Shown piece after piece: positions 53,719 through 61,667 of a stretch of 64,000 nucleotides of DNA. The stretch's first letter is position 1. Every line of letters begins with the position of its first letter. The position numbers and the translations under genes were made by a program. The notes below the pieces were generated by a model. It was not told the origin of the DNA, made no database searches, and saw only the letters and a program-made list of their open reading frames with translations. Origin of the DNA: an uncultured virus (IMG/VR IMGVR_UViG_3300047457_000394) (Duplodnaviria; Heunggongvirae; Uroviricota; Caudoviricetes); IMG/VR virus record IMGVR_UViG_3300047457_000394; one strand, written 5' to 3'.

Positions 53719-54862
53719 GATCGGGTGTCCCTGTTACGTTGTCCCATGTGATGACTTCTTGGTAGCCGCTGAACTGAACACCTTCGTGCTCTACAAACTT
53801 TTCCCCATCCCACACAAGGTCGTCTGCGAGTACGTCAACGATACGTTTTGTCATCACCCCATGCTGTGGATCATACACAATCACCTCAGTATCGGCAACT
53901 AAGCAGCCAGACCAACGACCCGAGTGTGCCCCGTAGTATCTAAGCGGCACAGGAAACTTGCCACGATAGGACATATCTATGAACCGCTGAGTGCGTGTCT
54001 CCTCGATCGTGCTCTTCACACCCAACCGTGCGGCAACGATAGCCTGCACTTCAACGTCTTCGTGCTCAAGCAAAGCTTTGAACGCTTCATCAGTCTTCGC
54101 AAACGCGAGTGTCTGCTTACCCGTGGTCGGACTTGTCTTCATCGGTGGCTCAACGCCACGCTCTTTGAGCATCTCAGCCAACTGCGGATTACTCATCAGA
54201 CGAGATTTATCGTCGGCACTCAGCTTGCTGAGTAACGCTTCCTTCTTAGCCAGCACGTCCGCCAAGTGGTCCTGCAACAACTCACGATCCAGCTCAAGCA
54301 CGGGGTCTATGAACATCCGCAGAGTGAGATCAATCAGTTGAAGCTCTTTGATGGGGAACCCACGCCGTAGGTACTGCGTAAACAACTCATACGTAAGCTC
54401 CACATCATTGACGCAGTAAGCACCATACCGTGCCAGTGACTTGGCATCGAAGTCTTTGTAGTTCTTACCGATTGCTGCAACAACTTCGTCACCCTTAGCA
54501 CCGACTCCCATACGCTGGGCTTGAGTCTTGAGGCTATGGCTCTTCTCATGCGGAAACAAAGCGCGAGACATACCCATGATATCCAGCCACGCCTTGGGCT
54601 CCACGCCGTAGTGCCACTTGAGGATCGCACCATCGAACATGGTGTTCTGGGCTACCACCATTGCGTTGCCCCAGTCGATAGCCGCCAGTGCTGCCTTTAC
54701 TTCAGGCTTGGGGTACCACTTGGTAGGGCCGTGATCGATCTTGATGGCGACACCAATCGTCTCGAACAGGGGGCTGCGGATGTACTCCTCGGTTGATATC
54801 TTTGAGAGCGAATACTCTCGGTCGTAATAAGTCTCCAGATCAAGCACAACGACATCAGACAT
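53582..54862 (-). CDS. polA: DNA polymerase A, N-terminal half (3'-5' exonuclease) with 107-aa split-intein IntN
   Basis: DLETY, QNTMFD, YCVNDV exonuclease motifs; HSGRWSG then CLVADTEV (block A) and TPDH (block B). Confidence 0.9.
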   Translation of the reverse strand: MSDVVVLDLETYYDREYSLSKISTEEYIRSPLFETIGVAIKIDHGPTKWYPKPEVKAALAAIDWGNAMVVAQNTMFDGAILKWHYGVEPKAWLDIMGMSRALFPHEKSHSLKTQAQRMGVGAKGDEVVAAIGKNYKDFDAKSLARYGAYCVNDVELTYELFTQYLRRGFPIKELQLIDLTLRMFIDPVLELDRELLQDHLADVLAKKEALLSKLSADDKSRLMSNPQLAEMLKERGVEPPMKTSPTTGKQTLAFAKTDEAFKALLEHEDVEVQAIVAARLGVKSTIEETRTQRFIDMSYRGKFPVPLRYYGAHSGRWSGCLVADTEVIVYDPQHGVMTKRIVDVLADDLVWDGEKFVEHEGVQFSGYQEVITWDNVTGTPDHVVFTDAGEISLRDAMQGGHKIQTPRSPTQDDVDTARRLIRNYKR

Positions 54863-55154
54863 CCGTTACTCCTATGACGCGAACAGCCTCGATGTTGGTC
54901 TCATCAACGACAAGCGCCACACCACCGGCTTCGCGTATTTTCATAATCTCAGCAGCTTGTAGTGCCGTTGGCACATTGCCTTTGGCTTTGCACTCGATAG
55001 CGAAGAACGCGCCGTTGACGCAGCCTACGATGTCAGGAATGCCTTGCCTGCCATAGCCGTTAGCGGGGGGCATGAAGTAGTAGACCCCCATCTCATCAAG
55101 AATTTTGCGAACGGCTTTCTTAACTTTTACTTCAGGAGTTGCTGCCATAGCCAC
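54855..55154 (-). CDS. VRR-NUC nuclease/resolvase
   Basis: TPE..VK, GIPDI, IECKA, PTALQ. Confidence 0.9.
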   Translation of the reverse strand: MAMAATPEVKVKKAVRKILDEMGVYYFMPPANGYGRQGIPDIVGCVNGAFFAIECKAKGNVPTALQAAEIMKIREAGGVALVVDETNIEAVRVIGVTDV

Positions 55155-55458
55155 GCCTCCGCAGTTCGTTGTACTTTTGTTTGTAGTGGTGATACTTACC
55201 AGCGTCGGGGCTGTCTTTCTTACCTTGCCGCATCGCGTACTTAATAAGATTTCCTTTGACGAAGCCCAAGAACTCTTCGCGGGTCAGCAGGACCTCCATC
55301 ACGTCCCAGGGTTGTGGGTCCATCTCCTTGTAGTGGCTGCCGCCGACTTGGCGGTCGTTTGCAGAAGCGATAGGGGTAGTGTCATCCAGGGGGCTTTTGG
55401 CTTGTGTCATATCGTATTCCTCTAGTTTGCGTTTGATGATGTCGTTAAGGGTTACCAC
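55132..55458 (-). CDS. DUF3310-family protein
   Basis: QVGGSHYK...QPWD...GNLIKY..R.G.K...D..K..HY. Confidence 0.85.
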   Translation of the reverse strand: MVTLNDIIKRKLEEYDMTQAKSPLDDTTPIASANDRQVGGSHYKEMDPQPWDVMEVLLTREEFLGFVKGNLIKYAMRQGKKDSPDAGKYHHYKQKYNELRRRGYGSNS

Positions 55459-55634
55459 GGCGCGTCTCCGGCTTCGCGGTGTAGTTCATCAAAGGTGGGT
55501 TTGCCGTCGTGTAGGGGTGGGTTTGTGAGTGGTCGTAAAGACTCTAGGTTTGTTGGGAACGGCCACGTAGGCGGTGTGTCGGTAGGTCCAGAGCTTTTTG
55601 CCTTTGACGATTCGATAGCCTGCTGTTCCTTCAT
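55452..55634 (-). CDS. Small hypothetical protein (TWPFPT motif)
   Basis: AAGGAG RBS; overlaps the upstream HTH ORF in another frame. Confidence 0.5.
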   Translation of the reverse strand: MKEQQAIESSKAKSSGPTDTPPTWPFPTNLESLRPLTNPPLHDGKPTFDELHREAGDAPW

Positions 55635-55761
55635 GCTCCATCTCCTTGAGGATCTTTCGTATCGTAGTGGTTGAAACAAGAAACCGAATTGCTAGCTGGT
55701 CTACATGAAGAGGTGTCTTAATACTCTTGATGTATCGTTCAAGCTTATCCCTTGTTCGCAT
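55489..55761 (-). CDS. Putative winged-HTH protein
   Basis: [30 protein letters not shown]. Confidence 0.55.
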   Translation of the reverse strand: MRTRDKLERYIKSIKTPLHVDQLAIRFLVSTTTIRKILKEMEHEGTAGYRIVKGKKLWTYRHTAYVAVPNKPRVFTTTHKPTPTRRQTHL

Positions 55762-55945
55762 AGTTAACCTCCGGCACCCAGTGTTCCAGTGCTTTTGCCG
55801 GGTATATCTGTACAGACCCTTTCTCCGTCCAGCTCTCAACTGCATACCCTTCTGGGGTTAGTGTCGTGGAGTAGGTTCCTACGATAACCCCGTGCCACTG
55901 AGATCCAGATACTTTGCGAACTGTGTCGCCTCGTTTGAATTTCAT
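55745..55945 (-). CDS. dfrB: Type II (R67/DfrB-family) dihydrofolate reductase homologue
   Basis: [24 protein letters not shown]....[10 protein letters not shown], collinear with R67; AAGGAG RBS. Confidence 0.9.
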   Translation of the reverse strand: MKFKRGDTVRKVSGSQWHGVIVGTYSTTLTPEGYAVESWTEKGSVQIYPAKALEHWVPEVNYANKG

Positions 55946-56691
55946 TTGTTTTTCTCCTTCAGCTTTGCTTCGATTTGATCGAACAACTTTCGTGTATATC
56001 CTTTAATCGGGGTGTCTCCCCACGGCCCAATGATTTCCTTGATCTCCTCATCCGTCAGCCCGACCCATTGGCGCTTCGCTTGTTTCAACTCTGCTCTCAG
56101 CCGTTGCTGCTCATCCAGCATCTCAGCAAACTTTTCGTCGTATGCCTTTACCGTGTCCCAGTCAGGTTTAAAGTCGTTGATTGATTGTGGTGCTGTGTAG
56201 AGCGGTCGCACGTTGAAGCCCTTCTCGCGCTCAATATCGGCATAGTCCTGAGTCGTCCAGTCTCGAATTACTTCGTCCCGGTCGTCTGCCAGAAAGTCGT
56301 ACATCCACGCAACCGGCCTCGCCTTCTGCCGCGCACAGACCAGACAACCGTCACCGGGGATGATCGCCTTCCAGCCGCATTCCTCGCACAGTTCGAGTGA
56401 GGTTTGGTCGTACTGCTCTGCCTTGGCGCTTTTATATCCGTCATACCACGCGCTTTTCGCTTGCTCTCTTGCGGGGGCTAACGGATTGCATAAAGTGTTA
56501 TCCCATGACACATATGAACCAGATGCGCTCTGCTTCTCAGCCTGATCGATGGCAGCGCGGAGGGCGGTAATAGTTTGGTTGATGAAATGCTCTGGAAAAC
56601 TCATTACCTGCTCATGGGCGTACTCATGAAAGCAGGTAGAAACTGACTTCTCCAACGCCTCCAGCGCCTGCTTCATCGCTTCAATGCTCAT
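55942..56691 (-). CDS. Mosaic hypothetical protein
   Basis: [23 protein letters not shown] and WVGLTDEEI modules. Confidence 0.75.
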   Translation of the reverse strand: MSIEAMKQALEALEKSVSTCFHEYAHEQVMSFPEHFINQTITALRAAIDQAEKQSASGSYVSWDNTLCNPLAPAREQAKSAWYDGYKSAKAEQYDQTSLELCEECGWKAIIPGDGCLVCARQKARPVAWMYDFLADDRDEVIRDWTTQDYADIEREKGFNVRPLYTAPQSINDFKPDWDTVKAYDEKFAEMLDEQQRLRAELKQAKRQWVGLTDEEIKEIIGPWGDTPIKGYTRKLFDQIEAKLKEKNK

Positions 56692-56915
56692 GATGCGTAC
56701 CCGTCTTTAATGATCTTTGCCTTCGCCTCTTCAATCGCACCGATCAGACCAAGCCTGTCTTGCTGCATAGATGTTTTGATCATGAATTGATTGCGGGCTT
56801 TCCAGAACAGCAACACGACCACGGTGTCTGGGTTCTCGTCCATCGCCTCTTGCAATACTTCGTGCGCGGATTCTTTATATTGATTCGGGATATCTACAGG
56901 TTTTAGTGCGCTCAT
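56688..56915 (-). CDS. Hypothetical protein
   Basis: ATGA overlap; packed in operon. Confidence 0.65.
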   Translation of the reverse strand: MSALKPVDIPNQYKESAHEVLQEAMDENPDTVVVLLFWKARNQFMIKTSMQQDRLGLIGAIEEAKAKIIKDGYAS

Positions 56916-56922
56916 ATTTAAC

Positions 56923-56938
56923 CGGGGCCGAAGCCCCG
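56923..56938 (-). other. UUCG hairpin after the Acb2-like gene (no U-tract)
   Basis: CGGGGC-TTCG-GCCCCG. Confidence 0.6.
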
Positions 56939-56945
56939 TCCTGTT

Positions 56946-57173
56946 TTAGTATTTCCAAGTAGCAGCTTTCACTGCCCACATCTGCCCGGTCTGGATCTCT
57001 GTGATGGCAATGCTCGCCATCCGTGCAATCTCCGCGTTTGGTTGGTTCGTGCGTAACTCATGAATCTCATCGATCAGTTCCGCGCATTTGCGCTTGATCG
57101 CATCAACCGTCGGGTCGTTGCTGGGGTTAAACGTCAGGCCAACTGCTTTTTCGCCGAAGGTCAAGTCACTCAT
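56946..57173 (-). CDS. Acb2/Tad1-type helical-hairpin protein (candidate anti-defence sponge)
   Basis: R..SIAITEIQTGQMWAVKA C-terminal helix resembling Acb2/Vs.4. Confidence 0.6.
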   Translation of the reverse strand: MSDLTFGEKAVGLTFNPSNDPTVDAIKRKCAELIDEIHELRTNQPNAEIARMASIAITEIQTGQMWAVKAATWKY

Positions 57174-57367
57174 TTCCATTCTCCAAATTGTCGATACATT
57201 GATTCAAACTCACCATCCCACGGAACAAACGACCGTGTGCCGTCGTGCATAGCCCACTTCCGATTGCATCTGGTGCAACCAACCTGCCGAGCGCCGGGAT
57301 TAAACACTCGCTGCACCACATACTTGTGACCAAAAACCGCGCATAGAAATCGTTCTATCAGGCTCAT
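57170..57367 (-). CDS. Small Zn-binding protein (DUF1660-like)
   Basis: LCAVFGHKY...CTRC. Confidence 0.7.
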   Translation of the reverse strand: MSLIERFLCAVFGHKYVVQRVFNPGARQVGCTRCNRKWAMHDGTRSFVPWDGEFESMYRQFGEWK

Positions 57368-57555
57368 ATCTCTACCCCAAACCGGTCGATGATGTCGTCC
57401 ATTACTTCGTATGCCCCTCTGCGGTCACAGATTCTTATGCACTCACGAACAATCAGCTCGGCAAACTTTTCAGGATCAAGTTCACCTGCAACATAGTCAC
57501 CGTTGCTTTCTAACATCAGTGCTTGGTCATAAAGTTTTGCGATTCGTTCGTTCAC
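57364..57555 (-). CDS. Hypothetical protein (EKFAELIVREC family)
   Basis: MNERI...EKFAELIVRECI...FGVE. Confidence 0.75.
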   Translation of the reverse strand: MNERIAKLYDQALMLESNGDYVAGELDPEKFAELIVRECIRICDRRGAYEVMDDIIDRFGVEI

Positions 57556-57686
57556 AATATCCCCCTACCAGTCAGCACCCACATAAACGGGAATGCAATC
57601 AATCGAATCAGTCGCCCAAGGACGCTTGAGTTTCTGCTCGTATTGAACTCGATGACTTGTTCTGTGTAGTCTGTTTGGTTGTTCAT
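57552..57686 (-). CDS. 44-aa hypothetical protein (not in ORF track)
   Basis: ATGA/GTGA overlaps on both sides; hydrophobic C-terminus. Confidence 0.55.
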   Translation of the reverse strand: MNNQTDYTEQVIEFNTSRNSSVLGRLIRLIAFPFMWVLTGRGIL

Positions 57687-57940
57687 TCCACCCTCTCATA
57701 CGTTGCTTCAAAGATGTCAGGCTTGCAGGGGTAGTTTTCGTTTTTAATCCCGGTGATGATCCAATCGCCTGGGGTGACAATATGACCTCCCTCTAAAGTC
57801 TTGACCCAGCCATAGCTTTTATGTGCGGGGTCTGGATTACCCGCTATGTCTGAGAACGGGTATGGCTCGACAGCGGGATGATCACCCATCTTGAACCACT
57901 GCGTGGCCTCGATGACCACGGGCTTCTTTCTGAACTTCAT
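57683..57940 (-). CDS. RKKPVVIEA/TLEG/GDWII family protein (possibly Acb4-like)
   Basis: FRKKPVVIEA...TLEG...PGDWII.G...E.YPCKPDIFEATYE. Confidence 0.7.
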   Translation of the reverse strand: MKFRKKPVVIEATQWFKMGDHPAVEPYPFSDIAGNPDPAHKSYGWVKTLEGGHIVTPGDWIITGIKNENYPCKPDIFEATYERVE

Positions 57941-58188
57941 TTCTCACCCCTTGCTCTGATAGAAGCAGCTATACGTTGCCGCTCTGATTGCAGTATCTCT
58001 AGCGTTCTGGTTTGTACAGCCTCTCCTGTCCCTTGCAAGGCCAACTGAGCACACGCCTCTCGTTCATACTTCTGGCCAGCCTCGTAAGCCTCTCGCCAGA
58101 ACTTCTCTAGGCCCGATGAGTTGAAGCACCAACCAGCAATCATTGAGCTGTACTTCTCTGCTCTACTCAGAATGTCGTCTTGTGTCAT
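57937..58188 (-). CDS. Hypothetical protein (EREACA family)
   Basis: MTQDDI...EREACA...IRARG. Confidence 0.7.
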   Translation of the reverse strand: MTQDDILSRAEKYSSMIAGWCFNSSGLEKFWREAYEAGQKYEREACAQLALQGTGEAVQTRTLEILQSERQRIAASIRARGEK

Positions 58189-58415
58189 CTCGTCTCTCCT
58201 GTTGCTTTGGCGATGGAGGCGCAGACTTCGGCGTAGACATCCGACGATTCAAAGCCGGCTGACAGAAGGAACGCCTCGCAAGTTTCCAATGCCTTCAGCA
58301 GATCAGGCGCTGCGGCTGCCAGTGTCCAATCATCTCGCGTGGTCGGGCCATCCAAATCCCAATCGCTGGACCCAACGTAAACAGCCTTCCACGGCCCTGG
58401 CGTGTGCTTGCTCAT
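58185..58415 (-). CDS. Hypothetical protein (HTPGPW / AAAPDLL family)
   Basis: MSKHTPGPW...AAAPDLLKAL...IAKATG. Confidence 0.75.
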   Translation of the reverse strand: MSKHTPGPWKAVYVGSSDWDLDGPTTRDDWTLAAAAPDLLKALETCEAFLLSAGFESSDVYAEVCASIAKATGETR

Positions 58416-58699
58416 TTCTCACTCCTTGCTCGAATAGCTTCGGTCAGTTTAATTGCCCACACAGGTTCGTCGTATTGCAAAGCGTAGTTATCTACCAACT
58501 GAGCGCACGCCTCTCGTTCTGCCTTTACCGCAACACACGCCGGTCGCTGGCACTCATCATTGCAGGTGTGGATGCCGTCCCACCGCAAATGCTCCAGGAT
58601 GCGGTCTGCAAATCGCTCTAGCTGCGTCTGATACGGCTTTTGACCAGCAACCCATACACCAGCCTCTTTTGCGATACGCAGGATGTCGTCGCGTGTCAT
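58412..58699 (-). CDS. Hypothetical protein (EREACA family)
   Basis: MTRDDI..AKEAG...EREACA...IRAR. Confidence 0.7.
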   Translation of the reverse strand: MTRDDILRIAKEAGVWVAGQKPYQTQLERFADRILEHLRWDGIHTCNDECQRPACVAVKAEREACAQLVDNYALQYDEPVWAIKLTEAIRARSEK

Positions 58700-58878
58700 A
58701 CCTGCCCCCTTTCTTTAATAAGCCAAGCACATTGACAACGGCTGTCTGTCAGTGCAATACACACCTCTCGCTCGGCTGCGGCGACAAGGGCGGCGAAGCG
58801 TCGCAGTGACCCGTTGTCTCCATCAAAGCCTACGAATCCAGCCTCCCTAGCCATTCGGGTGATGTCGTCCTTGGTCAT
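58696..58878 (-). CDS. Hypothetical protein (EREACA family)
   Basis: MTKDDI.RMAREAG...RFAALVAAAERE. Confidence 0.7.
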   Translation of the reverse strand: MTKDDITRMAREAGFVGFDGDNGSLRRFAALVAAAEREVCIALTDSRCQCAWLIKERGQV

Positions 58879-59045
58879 CTCGTCTCTCCTTTTACCTTCG
58901 GCCCTGGCTTTTTTGGTTCGTACTTCAAACCACGCTCCATGATGATTTCCATCGTCTTCCACCGTTCACCGCACTGGCAGGCGTAGTATCTGAACTCACC
59001 CTTGACGGTTCGATGGCGTACGTCCGTTGTGCATACAGGACACAT
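58875..59045 (-). CDS. Small Zn-ribbon protein (not in ORF track)
   Basis: MCPVC...ACQCGERWKT.E; ATGA overlap downstream. Confidence 0.6.
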   Translation of the reverse strand: MCPVCTTDVRHRTVKGEFRYYACQCGERWKTMEIIMERGLKYEPKKPGPKVKGETR

Positions 59046-59260
59046 CACTTGTACTTCATCCGCGTGGGTGATGGAACGACAAACGAGTTCAACATCACTG
59101 GGCTATCCGGCTCGTGGTAGAAGTTACGCAGGTGCATCTCGTGCTCCTGCAAGAACATGTGTGGGTGCTTGGACTTCACGGCATTGATCGCTTCAGTGAG
59201 CGCCTTGTTGCTTTTTGATAGGTCTTTGGACTTCGGTACGGATTTGAGTTCATTAAACAT
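59045..59260 (-). CDS. Hypothetical protein
   Basis: AAGGAG RBS. Confidence 0.65.
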   Translation of the reverse strand: MFNELKSVPKSKDLSKSNKALTEAINAVKSKHPHMFLQEHEMHLRNFYHEPDSPVMLNSFVVPSPTRMKYK

Positions 59261-59432
59261 GGTTGGTCTCCTTGAGAAACTGGATTGCAAGTTGTTGATA
59301 CACAAGCCGGGACTCAGTTGTTATCTGTGCGCAAAGGTCTCGTGCTTCCATCACACGGTTATCACGCAGAGCCTCTTCCAAGTCGGCTAGTAGCCGCTTC
59401 AGATTCAAAATACCTTCGCTGTAATCAATCAT
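59253..59432 (-). CDS. Hypothetical helical protein
   Basis: MIDYSEG...; GAGGA RBS. Confidence 0.65.
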   Translation of the reverse strand: MIDYSEGILNLKRLLADLEEALRDNRVMEARDLCAQITTESRLVYQQLAIQFLKETNHV

Positions 59433-59820
59433 TTTCTTCCTCTTGCTTTTTGATGTCGTATTCACTTACACCGGGTGCCAACAAATACAACTTGTAGTTG
59501 CGGTTGAAGTTAAGCCGGTCCATGTCAGTGAACCCACCACGAGTGCCCGCCCGCAGATCGGCCATGATGTTCTTCAGACGCAACCTGAACTGGCCCGCAT
59601 CAAAGTCAAGCCACATGGCGTACTCATTGAGCCCTGACACAGACTCATCAAACAGAAACCGCATCGCAGTGAAAGCCTCGATACGCAACCGCACACCACG
59701 TTTATTCTTCTCACGCAGAGGCTCAAGGCAAGCATCCCGCAGCGCGGTGTGAACCACAAGCGCTAGCAACGTCCTACATGCTTGGGTTTGTTCTGCAGCG
59801 CCAAGCTCCATTGGTTTCAC
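59425..59820 (-). CDS. Hypothetical protein
   Basis: GTGA overlap; LLALVV..ALRDAC motif. Confidence 0.7.
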   Translation of the reverse strand: MKPMELGAAEQTQACRTLLALVVHTALRDACLEPLREKNKRGVRLRIEAFTAMRFLFDESVSGLNEYAMWLDFDAGQFRLRLKNIMADLRAGTRGGFTDMDRLNFNRNYKLYLLAPGVSEYDIKKQEEEND

Positions 59821-60191
59821 GACCGGACCCCTGCCAGCCACCGCCAGAACCTACGCCACGGCGACAGAGGGGGCGCTACCTCAACGAACGAACCGGGAGG
59901 AGGCGTGACTTTTTCTTCGACTGTTGAGCTTGAAAGCGTAACAAGCCCATTATTTGTAAGTGGTGCGGGTTCCGATGGGAGGGAGGCAATCCCGCCCAGA
60001 GGCGTGATAGTAAGCTGCGCCTCTTTCCTGAGTAGTTTGCGCTCCTCATACACCAGCGAGGGATGGCACTGATAGCGCTTGACGATGATGTCGATGGGCA
60101 CACCTTTCTTCAGGGCACGGCGCACCTTGGCGCGTTTGGTCATCGGTTTGGGTCCACGCTTGCGAGTCGTTGGAATAATGTTAGCTGTCAT
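59817..60191 (-). CDS. Hypothetical protein with HTH-like N-terminus
   Basis: Basic N-terminus, HTH-like segment, amphipathic C-terminus. Confidence 0.65.
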   Translation of the reverse strand: MTANIIPTTRKRGPKPMTKRAKVRRALKKGVPIDIIVKRYQCHPSLVYEERKLLRKEAQLTITPLGGIASLPSEPAPLTNNGLVTLSSSTVEEKVTPPPGSFVEVAPPLSPWRRFWRWLAGVRS

Positions 60192-60475
60192 TTGTTGTCC
60201 TTCAATTGTTTGAACTCAATAAGATTCAGATCACGATCAGTCAGGAACCACATCACCAAGTCAGGCGGCGGAGCAGGCACAGGGACTATGTAATCACCCA
60301 GGTAGGCTATGTCCACAATCCGCTTAAGCCACGCAGGCTGTTCGCCTATGTTGCCGTGGCCCACAGTCTCAACCGCCTCACGGTATGTCCTTATTTCATA
60401 CTTGTCATCTCTCTCCTCATAACGATGTGTGTAAGTCTCAAGCCACATGCCAGCCATCACGTATTGTTCAATCAC
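60188..60475 (-). CDS. Hypothetical protein
   Basis: Overlapping start/stop junctions on both sides. Confidence 0.65.
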   Translation of the reverse strand: MIEQYVMAGMWLETYTHRYEERDDKYEIRTYREAVETVGHGNIGEQPAWLKRIVDIAYLGDYIVPVPAPPPDLVMWFLTDRDLNLIEFKQLKDNK

Positions 60476-61383
60476 GCTGCAAGCTCCATCGGTTCATCTT
60501 CCGCTTCATCACTCAACCCCCAGTCACGATCGCCCAAAAGCTTCTCAACCCGAGCCCGCAGCACTTCACGGGTATCGGCCTCCTGACGCAGGGCATCCGT
60601 CGTCACCCCATCGACTGCACCTAGCAAACCCTTACGCATCGCCTCAAGCTGCGGATCGTTCGATACGTTGAAATGCTCAAGCAACCCACAAAGCTCATGC
60701 ACATTACCCAGCAGTGAGTCGTATATCTTGCCGCGCTTGCCGTCAGTCTTTGGCGACAACTGCTTCTGCAGTCGAGTCAGTGCTGAATAGAGACGCTCCC
60801 AAGAGTCACGCGCTGCGCGCTCCTGCATGGCTTTCATTCGTTCCTCATACTGCGTAACCAAAAGCTGCTGCGCAGTATTCTCAAGGTCAATACGAAAGTC
60901 ACCCGATGTGGGCAGCGGCATGTAAGTCAACGTAAATGCGAAGCGCCTACGAACCTCAGACCGGCTCAGATACTCACGCCGATCAAAGAGTGAGCCCAAC
61001 TGGAACGCAGCCGCAGACACCAGCGTGTCGTACTTGTCGAGGAACGCATCGACGAGCCGCCAGAACTCACGCTCCTCGTTGTACATGATGTCTTGATGCG
61101 TCTGCAGTAACGACGCTGGCAGGATGCGCAGCCCACTGTCCGACCACGGTGACGTGTATTTGTAGTTAGCCGCACGAAGCCGCGCTTGAAACGATGTGAT
61201 GGCATCAAGCTCTGCACAATCAGCGAACAACGACTTGTACACCGACGCAGCCCGCTTACTCTTGGCCCCCTTACTGGAAGTCACTTCATCACGAGTGCGC
61301 TTGTCCTGCACCCGACCCATGTACGTGCTGATTGAAAGATCAACGAGCAACGCGCCACGCGCTTGACCTGACATGATGTCCAT
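60472..61383 (-). CDS. Conserved helical protein of the MoxR/VWA module (DUF3150-like)
   Basis: AAGGAG RBS; PWSDSGLRILP, LGSLF....Y, P.P..GDFRID. Confidence 0.7.
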   Translation of the reverse strand: MDIMSGQARGALLVDLSISTYMGRVQDKRTRDEVTSSKGAKSKRAASVYKSLFADCAELDAITSFQARLRAANYKYTSPWSDSGLRILPASLLQTHQDIMYNEEREFWRLVDAFLDKYDTLVSAAAFQLGSLFDRREYLSRSEVRRRFAFTLTYMPLPTSGDFRIDLENTAQQLLVTQYEERMKAMQERAARDSWERLYSALTRLQKQLSPKTDGKRGKIYDSLLGNVHELCGLLEHFNVSNDPQLEAMRKGLLGAVDGVTTDALRQEADTREVLRARVEKLLGDRDWGLSDEAEDEPMELAA

Positions 61384-61396
61384 GAAACTCTCCTTG

Positions 61397-61411
61397 TTTT
61401 AACGGTTAAAA
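61397..61411. promoter_or_regulatory. Palindrome TTTTAACGGTTAAAA, candidate operator
   Basis: Fills the gap between the upstream stop codon and the RBS. Confidence 0.6.
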
Positions 61412-61666
61412 TTATTCTGCTTCGGCACGAAGCTTGGTCATTGTGATCAGTGCGTCGTACTCAATCTGCGATAGAACTTTCAAAGTTAACATGTCCTCGA
61501 CCTTTGGTTGATTGATTTTGTCTATGTAGTTGGTCCCATTGATACCTTTTCCCGTTCCCACCCACTCAGACACCTTGACCTCGCAGCCATCGACAACCTC
61601 GACTAATCTCTCAAGCTGTGCTGCGGTCAACACGATTGGGTTTGATATAGAAACTAAGAATCTCAT
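61412..61666 (-). CDS. Hypothetical protein
   Basis: GGAGGT RBS. Confidence 0.65.
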   Translation of the reverse strand: MRFLVSISNPIVLTAAQLERLVEVVDGCEVKVSEWVGTGKGINGTNYIDKINQPKVEDMLTLKVLSQIEYDALITMTKLRAEAE

Positions 61667-61667
61667 C

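Noticed and set aside
52014..54862. polA pseudogene or group I intron interruption
   Set aside because: Both halves keep catalytic motifs, the junctions carry intein blocks, and the C-half has its own strong RBS
56923..56938. Intrinsic terminator
   Set aside because: Hairpin lacks a U-tract on the sense strand; kept only as a hairpin
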